NCBI RefSeq assembly: GCF_006345805.1
Contig: NC_043003.1
Span: 7,998,001-8,062,000, forward strand
Length of the DNA: 64,000 nt
Source of the DNA: Octopus sinensis
Taxonomy: Eukaryota
Reading direction: 5' to 3'
This document shows, piece after piece, positions 26,367 through 38,929 of this stretch (positions are counted from its first letter, which is position 1; each line of letters opens with the position of its first letter). The notes beneath the pieces were generated by a model. It was not told the DNA's origin and did no database searches. It saw only the letters and a program-made list of their open reading frames with translations. The position numbers and the translations under genes are program-made.

Positions 26367-26599
26367 ACCTATTTCTTTACTACCCTCAAGGGGCTAAACA
26401 CAGAGGGAACAAACAAGGACAGACAAACGGATTAAGTCGATTATATCGGCCCCAGCGCATAACTGGTACTTAATTTATCGACCCCGAAAGGATGAAAGGC
26501 AAAGTCAACCTCGGCGGAATTTGAACTCACAACGTAACGCAGACGAAATACTGCTAAGCATTTCGCCCGGCGCGCTAACGTTTCTGCCAGCTCGCCACC
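26367..26599 (-). mobile_element. SINE family A monomer
   Basis: Near-consensus reverse complement ending in the internal-type tail GTAGTAAAGAAATAGG. Confidence 0.92.
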
Positions 26600-26714
26600 T
26601 TTACATACGCATACGCACACAGCCACACATACACACGCACACGAACACAGACGCATGCACACATACGCGCGCGACCATACACACGTGAACAGGCGCGCGC
26701 GCACACACACATCA

Positions 26715-26887
26715 GACTGTAGCCATGCTGGAGCATGTCCTAAAAGGACTTTAGCCGAACGAATCGACTGCAGTACTATTATTTCTTAAGTCTAGTACTT
26801 TTTATTGCTCCCTTTTGCCGAACCGCTATTTGACGGGGAAGTAAGCCCCACCAACACCGGTTGTCAAGCTGTGAGTGGTTTACAAAG

Positions 26888-26923
<36 letters not shown>

Positions 26924-26925
26924 GT

Positions 26926-26958
<33 letters not shown>

Positions 26959-27085
26959 AACACGATGAGCTTCTTTTAGTTTCCGTTTATCAAAACCACT
27001 CATAAGCCTATTAGTCGATCCGAGGCTATAGTAGAAGATACTTGCCGACGGTGTCACGCCACCTAGTGGGACTGAACCCGGAATC
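26715..27085 (-). mobile_element. SINE family B
   Basis: Reverse complement of B with an internal CA/TA/TG tract. Confidence 0.8.
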
Positions 27086-27177
27086 AACCCTTTATCTATT
27101 ATACTGAATGCAAAAACATCGTTGAAATAGAAATCGTCTGCTGTAGTTGTCTATGATAACATGCATTGTGATAACCT

Positions 27178-27322
27178 CAGGAGTGGCTGTGTGGTAAGTA
27201 GCTTGTTTACCAACCACATGGTTCCGGGTTCAGTCCCACTGCGTGGCACCTACTATAGCCTCGGGCCGACCAAAGCCTTGTGAGTAGATTTGGTAGACGG
27301 AAACTGAAAGAAGCCTGTCGTA

Positions 27323-27370
<48 letters not shown>

Positions 27371-27605
27371 TATATATATATGTGCGTGTGTGTGTTTGTG
27401 TGTCTGTGTCTGTCCCCCTAGCATTGCTTGACAACCGATGCTGGTGTGTTTATGTCCCCGTTACTTAGCGGTTCGGCAAAAGAGACCGATAGAATAAGTA
27501 CTGAGCTTACAAAAGAATAAGTCCCGGGGTCGAGTTGCTCGATTAAAGGCGGTGCTCCAGCATGGCCGCAGTCAAATGACTGAAATAAGTAAAAGAGTAA
27601 AGAGA
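27178..27605 (+). mobile_element. SINE family B (small internal deletion)
   Basis: Near-identical to 29554; internal (TA)n. Confidence 0.92.
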
Positions 27606-27799
27606 GAGAGAGTATGTGACATGTGTCGAAACAGAATATACAACGTAGAAGGACAAAAATCGACCCATTAGCTTTTATCGTAATGTAGTGTGAAGTCACA
27701 GCAAGTCTCATGCTTAGACGGGTTTCTCGTCTCCGACATATAAGTAGATATGGCCGTGATTCGTATTCGATGTAGCATTTTGCCCTTCGCATTAATATT

Positions 27800-28015
27800 G
27801 GTTTCACATGTAGGCACAAGGCCTGCATTTCGAGGGTCATTTTAAGTCTATGGCATCAACCCAAGTGCCCAACTGGTACTTCTTTTATAGACTACTAAAT
27901 GACGAAAGGAAAAAATCATGTCCGGTGGCGTTTGAACTCAGAATCTAAAACGCACGAAATTCCGCGAAGTATACTTTTTCCTGGACGTGTTAACGCTTCT
28001 ACTAGCTCACCGCCT
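27800..28015 (-). mobile_element. Degenerate SINE family A
   Basis: AACTGGTACTT...TTTGAACTCAGAA...CTAGCTCACCGCC. Confidence 0.65.
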
Positions 28016-28180
28016 TCTTTCGGACTAACATTGTTCAACCAGTTTTCAATGCTCTCTTGCCTGATCTTACTTAAACCATATCCTTCAAACAACATACTAA
28101 TCATTCTTTTGCTATTCTTGCGTTCACACGATCTATGAATTCCAACGATATCTTCGAATGAAAGAACATATATATTGTTC

Positions 28181-28927
28181 TCACAAGTTCTTAGGTAGGT
28201 GTTAGAATCCTTATGTATGCTAACCAATTTTTCGTTTGATTTATAGTAAGGCTTAAATGTATTTTTACATTTTTCTAAAACCCAAACTGATATCTATGAA
28301 ATAACAACGGTAACTTTAGTTTCTGCAGCCGTACAGTGAGACTATTTCAACGGATTTCATTAAGTTCCTTCTAGACTATTCGCATAGTAATTTTCTATTT
28401 TCCATTTTATTTCGACATTTATTTATTTATATTTCTTTCTATGCATTTCCTTGTATTTTACTTAACGTATTTCTTTACTTCTCCCATTATTAATCCCTTC
28501 TCTTTGTTCCGTGTATTGTTCCGAATATGTAAACACACACACAGACATGTCTATATATGAGTGTGTACCTTTATTCGTGTGTCTATGATTAGCAGTTTAT
28601 TGTTCTTACCTAGGTTATGAGTTCGGATGATGGCACCCAATTTTCTCATCTCAGTTTAAGTTACATCTTACCAATTATGGAAATGAAACATTCTGTTCTT
28701 AACAGGTGGGATTTAGAAGGAAGAAAGATTATTTACGTCGAAAAAATATAAAATTTAATGGAATCCATTAAAATAGTATCACCGTACGGCTGCAGAAACT
28801 AAACCTACCATTGTTATTTCTTAGTTTGTTTTTTTTTTAGTAAAAATACATTTAAGCCGTACTATAAATCAAATGAAAAATTGGTTAACATACATAAAGA
28901 TTCTAACCACCTACCTAAGAACTTGCG
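28181..28927. mobile_element. Element with long (~180 bp) diverged inverted repeats; MITE/foldback-like
   Basis: 28181-28366 is the reverse complement of 28752-28927 (e.g. TTTAGTTTCTGCAGCCGTAC / GTACGGCTGCAGAAACTAAA; AGTTCTTAGGTAGGTG / CACCTACCTAAGAACT). Confidence 0.75.
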
Positions 28928-29553
28928 AAAAATGTTTTCCGATATTTGTACGCGCTTATCGATATTGTATGCAGGTGAAGCCATCTTTAGAAGTTTCTCT
29001 CAACAACGTAGCTCAAAGCTGAAGAGATATGCGTTGTTTTGCTGAATAGATACTTGTCAGAAAATTATGTACCAAAACACTTGAATAGAGAACAATATTT
29101 TGCAGTAAAATAAATAAAAAATATAAAGAATATCTTAAACTAAGAATTTCTTACACTAGACACCACAATTCATTCAAAAGAAGTCAACTTCTCTTCTCAA
29201 GCGCGTCGTTTCTCTGTTGAGTCTCTAATAGACTCATTCCTAGAAATCTTGCCCTTTGGAACTTATTACCATTGTCTTGTTTTCTTCTGGACTATGATAT
29301 TCACTCCTTTAAGTATTACCTTTCCAACTTATACACATGCCCTGACACACCCAGAAACACTTTTAACGCACGTACACACGAACACACGCACACGTATACA
29401 TACAATCGGCATCTTTTGAATTTAAAGACTTCTTTTCTTTCTTTGTTGTCCCTTACAGTACAGGGGTTTCAAATGCTGTCTGCGACAGAATCGAATAGAA
29501 AAGGAATATCCACAGCTTTAATATCATTAAATAGTTAATATCATTAAATAGTT

Positions 29554-29977
29554 AGGCGCAGGAGTGGCTGTGTGGTAAGTAGCTTGCTAACCAACCACAT
29601 GGTTCCGGGTTCAGTCCCACTGCGTGGCATCTTGGGCAGGTGTCTTCTGCTATAGGCCCGGGCTGACCAATGCCTTGTGAGTGGATTTGGTAGACGGAAA
29701 CTGAAAGAAGCCTGTCGTATATATGTATATATATATGTATATATATGTTTGTATGTGTGTTTGTGTGTCTGTCCTTGTCCCCCTAGCATTGCTTGACAAC
29801 CGATGCTGGTGTGTTTATGACCCCGTAACTTAGCGGTTCGGCAAAAGAGACCGATAGAATAAGTACTGGGCTTACAAAGAATGAGTCCTGGGGTCGATTT
29901 GCTCGACTAAAGGCGGTGCTCCAGCATGGCCGCAGTCAAATGACTGAAACAAGTAAAAGAGTAAAAGAGTAAAGAGT
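29554..29977 (+). mobile_element. SINE family B, full length, young
   Basis: Complete head, internal microsatellite and (AAAGAGT)n-type tail. Confidence 0.93.
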
Positions 29978-30270
29978 ATAAAAAAAACTTCAATTCTTTC
30001 TTCAGAAATCACAGACCTTAATGGCTTCTTAACATTAACAATCAGAATGACAATCCTGATAACTGCCTTCTTAAAATTTTGCTATACTTACATACGTCCC
30101 CCGTGGCTCCGTTCCCGGTATGAAGTGAGTTATATCAAAAATAAATGTTTCGAAAGATTGAGCACATTTTATGTGAATATGGATGACAGGTTGTTTAAAT
30201 ACGTGTAGGCGTGCTTTTATCCTTTTGAATATATGCGTATGTGTGTGAACATACATATATGCAAATGTGT

Positions 30271-30657
30271 GGAGGCGCAATGGCCCAGTGGTTAGGGCAG
30301 CGGACTCGCGGTCATAGGATCGCGGTTTCGATTCCCAGGACGGGGGTTGTGAGTGTTTATTGAGCGAAAACACCTAAAAGCTCCACGAGGCTCCGGCAGG
30401 GGATGGTGGTGATCCCTGCTGCACTCTTTCACCACGACTTTCTCTCACTCTTACTTCCTGTTTCTGTTGTACCTGTATTTCAAAGGGCCGGCCTTGTCAC
30501 TCTCTGTGTCACGCTGAATATCCTCGAGAACTACGTTAAGGGTGCACGTGTCTGTGGAGTGCTCAGCCACTTACACGTTAATTTCACGAGCAGGCTGTTC
30601 CGTTGATTCGGATCAACCGGAACCCTCGTCGTCGTAACCGACGGAGTGCTTCCATCC
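30271..30657 (+). mobile_element. SINE group C (middle + X tail), full length with TSD
   Basis: A-box TGGCCCAGTGG, B-box GTTTCGATTCC; ATATGCAAATGTGT duplicated at 30257-30270 and 30658-30671. Confidence 0.93.
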
Positions 30658-31005
30658 ATATGCAAATGTGTACGAATATATACGTGTGTATATACGATTA
30701 AACTCATGTACCTATATGCGTGAATATGACTATAACTTTTTTGCATTCGTATGCATGTATATATATGTATGTTTACACACAGAGATTATGAGCTTAATCG
30801 TGTCACCAAACGAATGTATGTATTTATCCAGGCACATCTCAATGAGCGTCTGTGTGTATTTGTATGTGTTTGGATGTATACGTGTGCGAGTGTACGTGTG
30901 TACGCGCGTTAAAAGTGTTTCTGGGTGTCAGGGCTTGTGTATAAGTTGGAAAGGCAACACATAAAAACAAGCACACACACCACACACACAACACACCACA
31001 CAACA

Positions 31006-31047
<42 letters not shown>

Positions 31048-31050
<3 letters not shown>

Positions 31051-31250
31051 TTTATTTAAAGCAGTTTTTGCTAGAATAGAACCGATATCGGTTCTATTCT
31101 AGCAAAACTGTCCGATGAACGGCAACGGGAAACTCAGAGTAACAGGCTTTGTTGAATTTTCTGCTGCTTTAAATAAAGTATATTACTCTACCACTGGTAT
31201 TTGAGTACTCTTTTTTCCACCTTGTTTCACATTTATGTGTTTACTCCGGT
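31048..31250 (+). mobile_element. Pseudo-LTR fragment with inverted 5' duplication, inserted in (TA)n
   Basis: 42-bp perfect palindrome at 31066-31107, outer inverted repeat 31048-31064 / 31164-31180, HHR motif inside. Confidence 0.7.
31108..31145 (+). ncRNA. Minimal type I hammerhead motif, U4C variant
   Basis: CTGT-CCGATGA-ACG GCAA CGG-GAAAC-TCAGA-GTA-ACAG; stem I CTGT/ACAG, GUA site, stem II closing pair mismatched. Confidence 0.6.
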
Positions 31251-32059
31251 ATATATATACGAACGACCATAAACATACACATTCATACTTAAATACATAC
31301 ATGTTTGTATGATTGTGGGCGCCTGTGTGCACGATGCTTTAATCCCTCCCTCTCTTTCTCCCTTCCTCCCTCTCTCTCTCTCCCTTCCCCACCCCTCTCC
31401 GTCTCTCAAACTTTCTCTGGAAGTTTTGGTTACTTATTTTTTTTCCCTAAAAAAACTCCCTCTATCTCTTTCCATTTTTCCTAATTTTCCTATATATATT
31501 GTATCGATGATTTTTGCTTATATGTTCTCAACGCCAACAAATTTATTTCCTTGAAAGTTTTCTTGGGAAATTTTTCATAAAATCCTTCTTTCCGATATTT
31601 CCAATACTAATCTCCGATGTCCATTCATTATGAAGCCGAAACAGTTCAACCGCCCACAGCTTCTCGATTTATCATCTTGCACGTTCGCACACTCGTACAA
31701 TACATGAGATGAAGCTAACCATCAATCAAAGTCACCCAAAACATAAATTTATACTTCCTCTGCGTTCTCGAATTTTCTGAATTTTTCCAACAATTTATTT
31801 GTTTGAAAGATTCTTTCGTGAAACTCTTCATAGTAAAAATGTTCTCTCTCTCTCTCTCATTCTCCCTCTCTCCACTCTCTCCCTTTCTCTTTCTCTCTCC
31901 CTCTATGATAGTATACTGTATGTATAAATATATACATGTATACGTGTGTGTATGTGTGTGTGGGTGCGCGCGTAAGCATGCGTACATGTATGCAACAATA
32001 TATTTGTATACGCACACACGCACACACACACATATATATATATTTAAATGTGTACATGT

Positions 32060-32330
32060 GGTGGCACATGGCCTGGTGGTTAGAGCAGCGGACGCGCGGT
32101 CGAGGGATCGCAGGTTCGAAGCTCCACGCGGTTCCGGCAGAAGGTAATGGCGAACCTCTGCTGACTCTTTCGCCACAACTTTCTCTCACTCTTTCCTCCT
32201 GCATCTAGCAGCTCACCTGCGACGGACCGGGGTCCCGTCCAGGTGGGGAACCTATACGTCAAGGAAACCGGGAAAACGGCCCTTATGAGCCAGGCGTGGC
32301 TCGAGAAGGAAAAGACAACACAACAACAAA
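32060..32330 (+). mobile_element. SINE group C (middle + V-like tail)
   Basis: tRNA head, CCACAACTTTCTCTCACTC middle, CCTGCGACGGACCGG..TCCCGTCCAGG...GAAACCGGG and (CAA)n tail. Confidence 0.85.
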
Positions 32331-32388
32331 TGTATATATACATATATATATATATATATCACAACAACAAATGTATATACACACACAT

Positions 32389-32420
<32 letters not shown>

Positions 32421-32695
32421 TATATTATATATATATTATTATATATGTATATATACATTTGTTGTTGTGTTGTCTTTTCCTTCTCGAGCCACGCCTGGCC
32501 CATATATATATGTAAGGAAAATTTTAGAAATTTCTAAAATTATCCATATCCTTCGATTTAGCTAGCAATGAGCACTTCTTAATACAGTCCATATTGTGAA
32601 GGATACTTAACAATATACTTTACAAGAAAATTTTACTATATATATGTTTATAAACATAAATACAAACATATATACATATATATATATATACATAC

Positions 32696-32775
<80 letters not shown>

Positions 32776-32784
32776 GTGTGTGTG

Positions 32785-33131
32785 TGGAGGTACAATGGCC
32801 CAGTGGTCAGGGCAGCGGACTCGCGGTCGTTGGATCGTGGTTTCGATTCCTAGACCACGCGTTTTGAGTGTTTATTGAGTTAAAACACCTAAAGTTCTAC
32901 GAAGCGCCGACGAGGGTGGGATGAACCCTGGTGTACTCTTTCGCGACAACTTTATTTCACTCTTTCTTCCTGTTTCTGCTGTACCAGTATTTCAAAGGTC
33001 CAGCCTCGTCACACTCTGTGTCACGCTGAATCTCCCCCGAGATCTACGTTAAAGGTACACGTGTCTGTGGAGTGCACAGCCACTTGCATGTGAATTTCAC
33101 AAGCAGGCTGTTCTGTTGATCGGATCAACTG
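32785..33131 (+). mobile_element. SINE group C (middle + X tail), 3'-truncated
   Basis: Aligns with the 30271 copy. Confidence 0.88.
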
Positions 33132-33138
33132 TATGTAA

Positions 33139-33212
<74 letters not shown>

Positions 33213-33304
33213 TATACTTATATACAATCTATAAGTAAGGACAAAAGAAAAGTTTCTAATGTCAAAATATGCCGAAAATAGACACAACGTCAATAACCAT
33301 GTAA

Positions 33305-33426
33305 TTTATTACTACAAGCACGCGTTTCGAAGAAAGCCGACAGAAATTTCTAAAAAATCCCGTTATCGTATCGGACCCGATTTCAGAGTTAGTCCATAAG
33401 AACCTTCCCTTCATCAGTGATAAATG
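33305..33426 (-). ncRNA. Degenerate hammerhead-like motif with long stem II insert
   Basis: Minus strand ATTTATCA-CTGATGA-AGGGAAGG...(~80 nt)...CTTTCTTC-GAAACGCGT; stems I and III are imperfect; the segment begins beside (TA)n. Confidence 0.35.
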
Positions 33427-34374
33427 CGGCAAAGAAATAAGTGAAATACTTACTTATACCCATGAAAGAAGTGAACACTAAGCCATGAGCACAACTAATT
33501 ACTCCAAATATATCCAAAATAGAAACTCTCTAGCCCATCTCGAGACACGTGCTGTTCGAACTGAAAAACTCTCGTAAAGTGAGAGAGTTCGGAAGTGAAC
33601 ACTATTAAATTAACATCTAATATAGGATAACATTTTTCGAATACTAAAAAAAAACAAAAAAACAAGATGAGTGGACGGACAAAATAAATAGACAAATAAT
33701 GACAGCTAGCATAGAGATATTGTATAAAAAAAAGACAATAAAAGAAAAAAAAAACAAACGAGACGGACATTGATATGCCCGGTGTTTGGCAGACGATAAT
33801 ATTGAACAACAGACGATAGGCCCGTCATAGAAATTCACTGAACAGGTTTTGAGGTATTTTATGTGGAAAAGGGTGCATAATTATTGCATTAATTTTAATC
33901 ATCTAATATATTTTGAAACCTGGTTTAACACGTCTGTTTCTGTGCATTCAGAATGTTAAGAAGGAGAAAAAAGAACGATTTATTTAAAAGAAAGGAGGAG
34001 TGAGAGAGTGAAAAAGTGAGAAAAATTGGAGAGAGACAGGGAGAAAGTGAAGGAGTTTTCAACTGAATATATATTGAAGGTGTGTGAAAATGATTAAGTG
34101 TCGACTTCGTTACTGACACAGCAACGGAGGACGTATTGTATTGTAAATCTTAGGAAAAAAGAGAGAAGAAAATGCAAGCGATGCAATCACGTGATCAACA
34201 CCTGATATGAGAAAACAAAATGCAATTTTGCTTGGGAATTATAAATTTATCGTAATTTCATTTTCACACCAAACACATATATTATGTATTTTTGAAGAAA
34301 ATATTGGGGAAGTTAAAAGAAAACAGTTGTTATTCGTGTATAGGACTTCGAAGAGAGTAAATTTAGATATAACA

Positions 34375-34578
34375 AGTGCAGGAGTGGCTGTGTGGTAAAT
34401 AGCTTGCTTACGAACCACATGGTTCCAGGTTCAGTCCCTCTGCGTGGCACCTTAGGGAAGTGTCTTCTGCTATAGCCTCGGGCCGACCAAAGCCTTGTGA
34501 GTGGATTTGGTGGACAGAAATTGAAAGAAACTCGTTGTATGTATGTATGTATGTATATATATATATATATATATATAC

Positions 34579-34609
<31 letters not shown>

Positions 34610-34815
34610 TGTGTCTGTGTCTGTCCCACAAGATCGCTTGGCAACCGATGCTGGTGTGTATTACGTCCTCGTAACTTAGCGGTTCGGCGAAAGTGACTGA
34701 TGGGATAAGTACTAGGCTTACAAATAATAAGTCATGGGGTCGATTTGTTCGATTAAAGGCGGTGCTCCAGCATGGCAACAGTCAAATGACAAACAAATAA
34801 AAAAAGGAAAAAGAA
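34375..34815 (+). mobile_element. SINE family B, full length
   Basis: Aligns with 29554. Confidence 0.9.
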
Positions 34816-35037
34816 TAATAATGAAAAATAATGCTCAAACTATCAATACTATTTCAGTTACAGGTTGACTCTAACTGAAAAGAAATGACAAAACGGATCC
34901 AGCCATGACCATCCAATATTACATTATGAAAATTCATCAAGACTATTATCCAGATTGCGTCCTGTCTTGTTTGAGGTGGCCAATGTTACAAGTGAGAACT
35001 GGTTGCTTTTTCTTGGAGGTCGAAACACGACACAGAG

Positions 35038-35650
35038 CAATGGTCCTCAACCGGGGCCCATATGATATTTAGGGGTCCATAGAAGATTTTGTTGTTAAAC
35101 AATTTATGAGCAGTGAATTGATTATACTTCTAAAATAGACAAACTATTCTAAGAGTTTTTTTCTATGTAATTCCATGGCACTCCGTCGGTTGCGACGTCG
35201 AGTGTTCCAGTTGATCCGATCAACTGAACAGCCTGCTCGTGAAATTAATGTGCAAGTGGCTGGGCACTCCATAGACACGTGTACCTTTAACGTAGTTCCT
35301 GGGGAGATTCAGCGTTACACAGTGTGACAAGGCTGGCCCTTTTGAAATACAGGTACAATAGAAACAGGAAGAGTGAAAGAAAATTGTGGGGAAAGCGTAG
35401 AGCAGGCTTCACGTCCAGCCTCTGCCGGAGCTTCGTGGAGCTTTAGATGCTTTCGCTCAATAAACACTCACAACGCCCGGTTTAGGAATCGAAACCGGGG
35501 TCCTACGACCGCGAGTCCGCTGTTCTAACCACTGGGCCATTGCGACTCCACATATAGAAATAGTATGATTATTTTAAACATTGAATGGCTATGAGGGTCC
35601 AATTGGAATCAAAGGGGTCCTTAAGTACAAGAAATGGTTGAGAGCCTCTG
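35038..35650. mobile_element. hAT-Charlie-like MITE interrupted by a SINE
   Basis: Termini CAATGGTCCTCAACC / GGTTGAGAGCCTCTG resemble the CAGTGGTTCTCAACC TIR; subterminal GGGGTCC motifs; no clean TSD. Confidence 0.6.
35177..35550 (-). mobile_element. SINE group C (middle + X tail)
   Basis: Reverse complement of the 30271 type. Confidence 0.9.
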
Positions 35651-36019
35651 GTGTAGGGGTTCCTTCATTGCTGCTGCCACTACCGTTGCCTCTGCAGTTG
35701 TTTCTGCAGTTGTTGGTGCTTTTACTGTTTTGTTCTTGTTACTGTCACTGCTGCTGCTGCTGCTACTGATGCTGTTGATGGTGGTGGTGGTGGTAAAAAG
35801 TGCAAGTAACGGAGACGGAGAGAAGGGGAAATAAAGATTACGAAATCGTAATTTCGACAGGAGAAAAGCCAAGATTTATGCAGTATCGATTTGACTTTCC
35901 CGATCCTTTCATTGGTCACTGTTTCTCCGTTTCTACCCTTTTCACCCCTCTATCTCTCTTACCTTTTCCTTCCTGTCTTTCTAGCTTTCACTCCCCGCTT
36001 CTCTCAGTGAGAAACGGGG

Positions 36020-36027
36020 AGTATATG

Positions 36028-36067
<40 letters not shown>

Positions 36068-36204
36068 GGGGGGGGCGCACCTGTATGTGTATGTATATAT
36101 GAGTGTGTGCGTATAAATATGTATATATATGAACATATATATAAACACATATATACATATGCATACATAAACATACTCGCGCGCGGTGCGCACACACACG
36201 TATG

Positions 36205-36245
<41 letters not shown>

Positions 36246-36651
36246 GTATATATATATGTATGTATTTGTTATATATATACATATATATATGTGTGTTGGT
36301 GTGGTGTGTGTGTGTGTGTGTGTATATTATATTACATATATGTATATATGTATATATGTATATATGTATATATATATATATACATATGTATATATATATG
36401 TATGTGTATATATATATACATATATGTATATATGTATATATGTATTATATATATTATATGTATATATATATGTATGTGTATATATATATATACATATATG
36501 TATATATGTATATTTATATATATATATGTGTTGTATGTATGTATATATATATATATATTACACAATATATATTACATACACCCACATAAACACACCACAT
36601 ATATATGTGTGGTATATATAATAATATATATATATATTAATATATAATATA

Positions 36652-36691
<40 letters not shown>

Positions 36692-36748
36692 TAGTGTGGG
36701 TGTGTGTGTATATATGATATATCATATATATTATATATATATATATAA
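36020..36748. repeat. Degenerate (TA)n/(TATG)n field
   Basis: Seen directly. Confidence 0.95.
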
Positions 36749-38481
36749 ACCCTTAATCGAACAAACAGGCAAGGGAGGCAAAAGGAGGTAGAAGCCAGCA
36801 ACAATCAATAACTGTCCGCATGAAACTATACATAATATAACAGCTGAGGTAATAGATAACGTTATTGTTCGTGATTTTAACGACATTTCGAACCTCAGAA
36901 AACCTCTTCTTTTTCACAGGTTTACTCGCCATTTATTTTTACACAAGAGTGCTTTTACTTTCGAGTCTTTTTTTTTTTCTTTTGCTTTTCGCTTTTCGTT
37001 ATTTTACGTTCATTTTGTTTTGCAAAACTTTTTTAATTGTACAAGTTGATTATTTTTGTTTATTCATTCAAGCCATATTTTTTTTCATCGTTGTTTGTTT
37101 TCTGTATTTAATTACATAAATTTTGAAAGTTAAATTTTCATGCTGCATACGTTTATTTTTATTTAGTTTTGATTTCACATTTTATTATTCGTTCATATTT
37201 ACTGTTCGATGTTTAAAATGTTTCGTTTATTTTATTCCTTTACCAATATATTCATATTTTTTTATTTTCTTAGATATTCATGTCCTATTAAAGTTATAAT
37301 ATTATAAATTCTATTATTATAAACCGCCATGTTGTTTCTGGTAAATATACATCGTGTATTTCATTTTTGTTTTCTCTGATTTTCTTTCGCTTCCAATTTA
37401 TTTTTCTTAACCTAAAATTCATAAGATAACTGATATTATATCTTATGTTTGATGTCTGGTGAACTTTCCTCCTACTAATAAACAATAAAATGTATATATC
37501 TTTTATTTCCAAACTTTATCATAATAAACAGTTTTACTTTTTTTTCTTGCTTTCATATGCAGTCTTTTCTTTCTGATATAAAAATAATACGCTGTATTTT
37601 TTAGGGAAAAAAACAAAAAACAAACCTTAATCGATTATTGATTGATACATATCTCTTTAATAGATAAGAAAAAAAAATAACACTACATTTTTTTTTTTCA
37701 GATATGTGAATATGTGTTCGAATGACATTCGATTAACGCCGTGAGGTCACGAGCGATAAAAACATGTTTTAAGGCTAAAAGCAGATACTCGTATACTGTA
37801 CATCGGAAATTGTGAATATTGACGATTTTACGATTAATAAAATGACATGACATGACATTAAGTATAATAGCAAAGGGGAAATACATGTCTTACATATATA
37901 TATATTAGATTATCGTGCCCTATTACTCGTGTAGGATATCAATTTCGTTGTAACGTATCGACTTGCTTTTATTTGGTATTTCATGTCTTACTTCAAAGGG
38001 AAACTTTGACTCGTTGCCATTATCAAAATGTATAAAACCTTAGCAGAATACTAGAAATGATTGAATGTTGCGCACTCACACATTGAAGCACAGATGCGCA
38101 CACATACGCATGCACACATACACACACACACACACGTACTCTGAATTTTTTATGAAGATAAAACGGAACTTAAAGGAAACACTGTTGACGAAGAATCTTT
38201 TCCTCTTCAAGTCAATAATGTTACGGTACGACAATTAATTTAGAGTAATCATTTTATTTCAGTAGACATATATTATTTTTGCTGTTATTATTGTTGCTTC
38301 TGATCGAATTATGAAGTCTGAATAGGTGTAAATATACTTTACAGAGCGAGAAAGGAAACTTACCACTCAAAAATTGCAATCTTTTTGGAGAATAACACAA
38401 CAGCGTCAGCTAAAGAAAGTAAAAAGGAACTAAATAGGTTAGAAATAATTTGATGAATAACTTAAATAAAAATATATTTAA

Positions 38482-38876
38482 ACTAGCAGTATCACCCGGC
38501 ATTGCTCGGGTGTGTTTCGACCCTTTAGAACTGGAATTTTTAAAAAGTAAAAGTTTTGCATTATGTAGCTTGTTATTCTCTTTAAGTGAACATTTTTGTG
38601 GTTGAAATACACCGAAAAATGGCGACACAGCAGTAAAAAAATCGTAAAAAATTGGGATTTTCATAGAAAAAAAAGCACCTTTTTCATGTAAATAATTTTT
38701 GGTGTTAACATGGTCCGATTTGAAGTTTTTCCTCTACGGAATGAAGAGCAAGCCTTCGTCTAACATACCCTCAATTTTGGTCAACTTGCGCCGCAGGGTC
38801 TCGGAGAAGATAGTGTTAGTTGAAGGCTACCAAACCTGCCATACACAGACAACTTCAGCTTTATATAGAGAGAGAT
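38482..38876 (+). mobile_element. DINE-1/Lep1-like non-autonomous Helitron (Helentron-associated) element
   Basis: Terminal ACTAGCAGTATCACCCGGCATTGCTCGGG hairpin; other end ACAGACAACTTCAGCTTTATATAG..AGAT; second copy at 60110. Confidence 0.75.
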
Positions 38877-38929
38877 TGCAAAACAGAAAGCATTTCGATA
38901 TGAACGCCGTACAAAAATGCGTTCCTTAA

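Noticed and set aside
30271-30345. tRNA-like heads of group C, A and B SINEs as real tRNA genes
   Set aside because: They continue into SINE bodies with TSDs and lack proper acceptor stems.
35581-35919. Overlapping ORFs with Ala/Thr/Ser/Leu runs
   Set aside because: Degenerate (CTG/GTT/GTG)n triplet repeat next to a MITE end.
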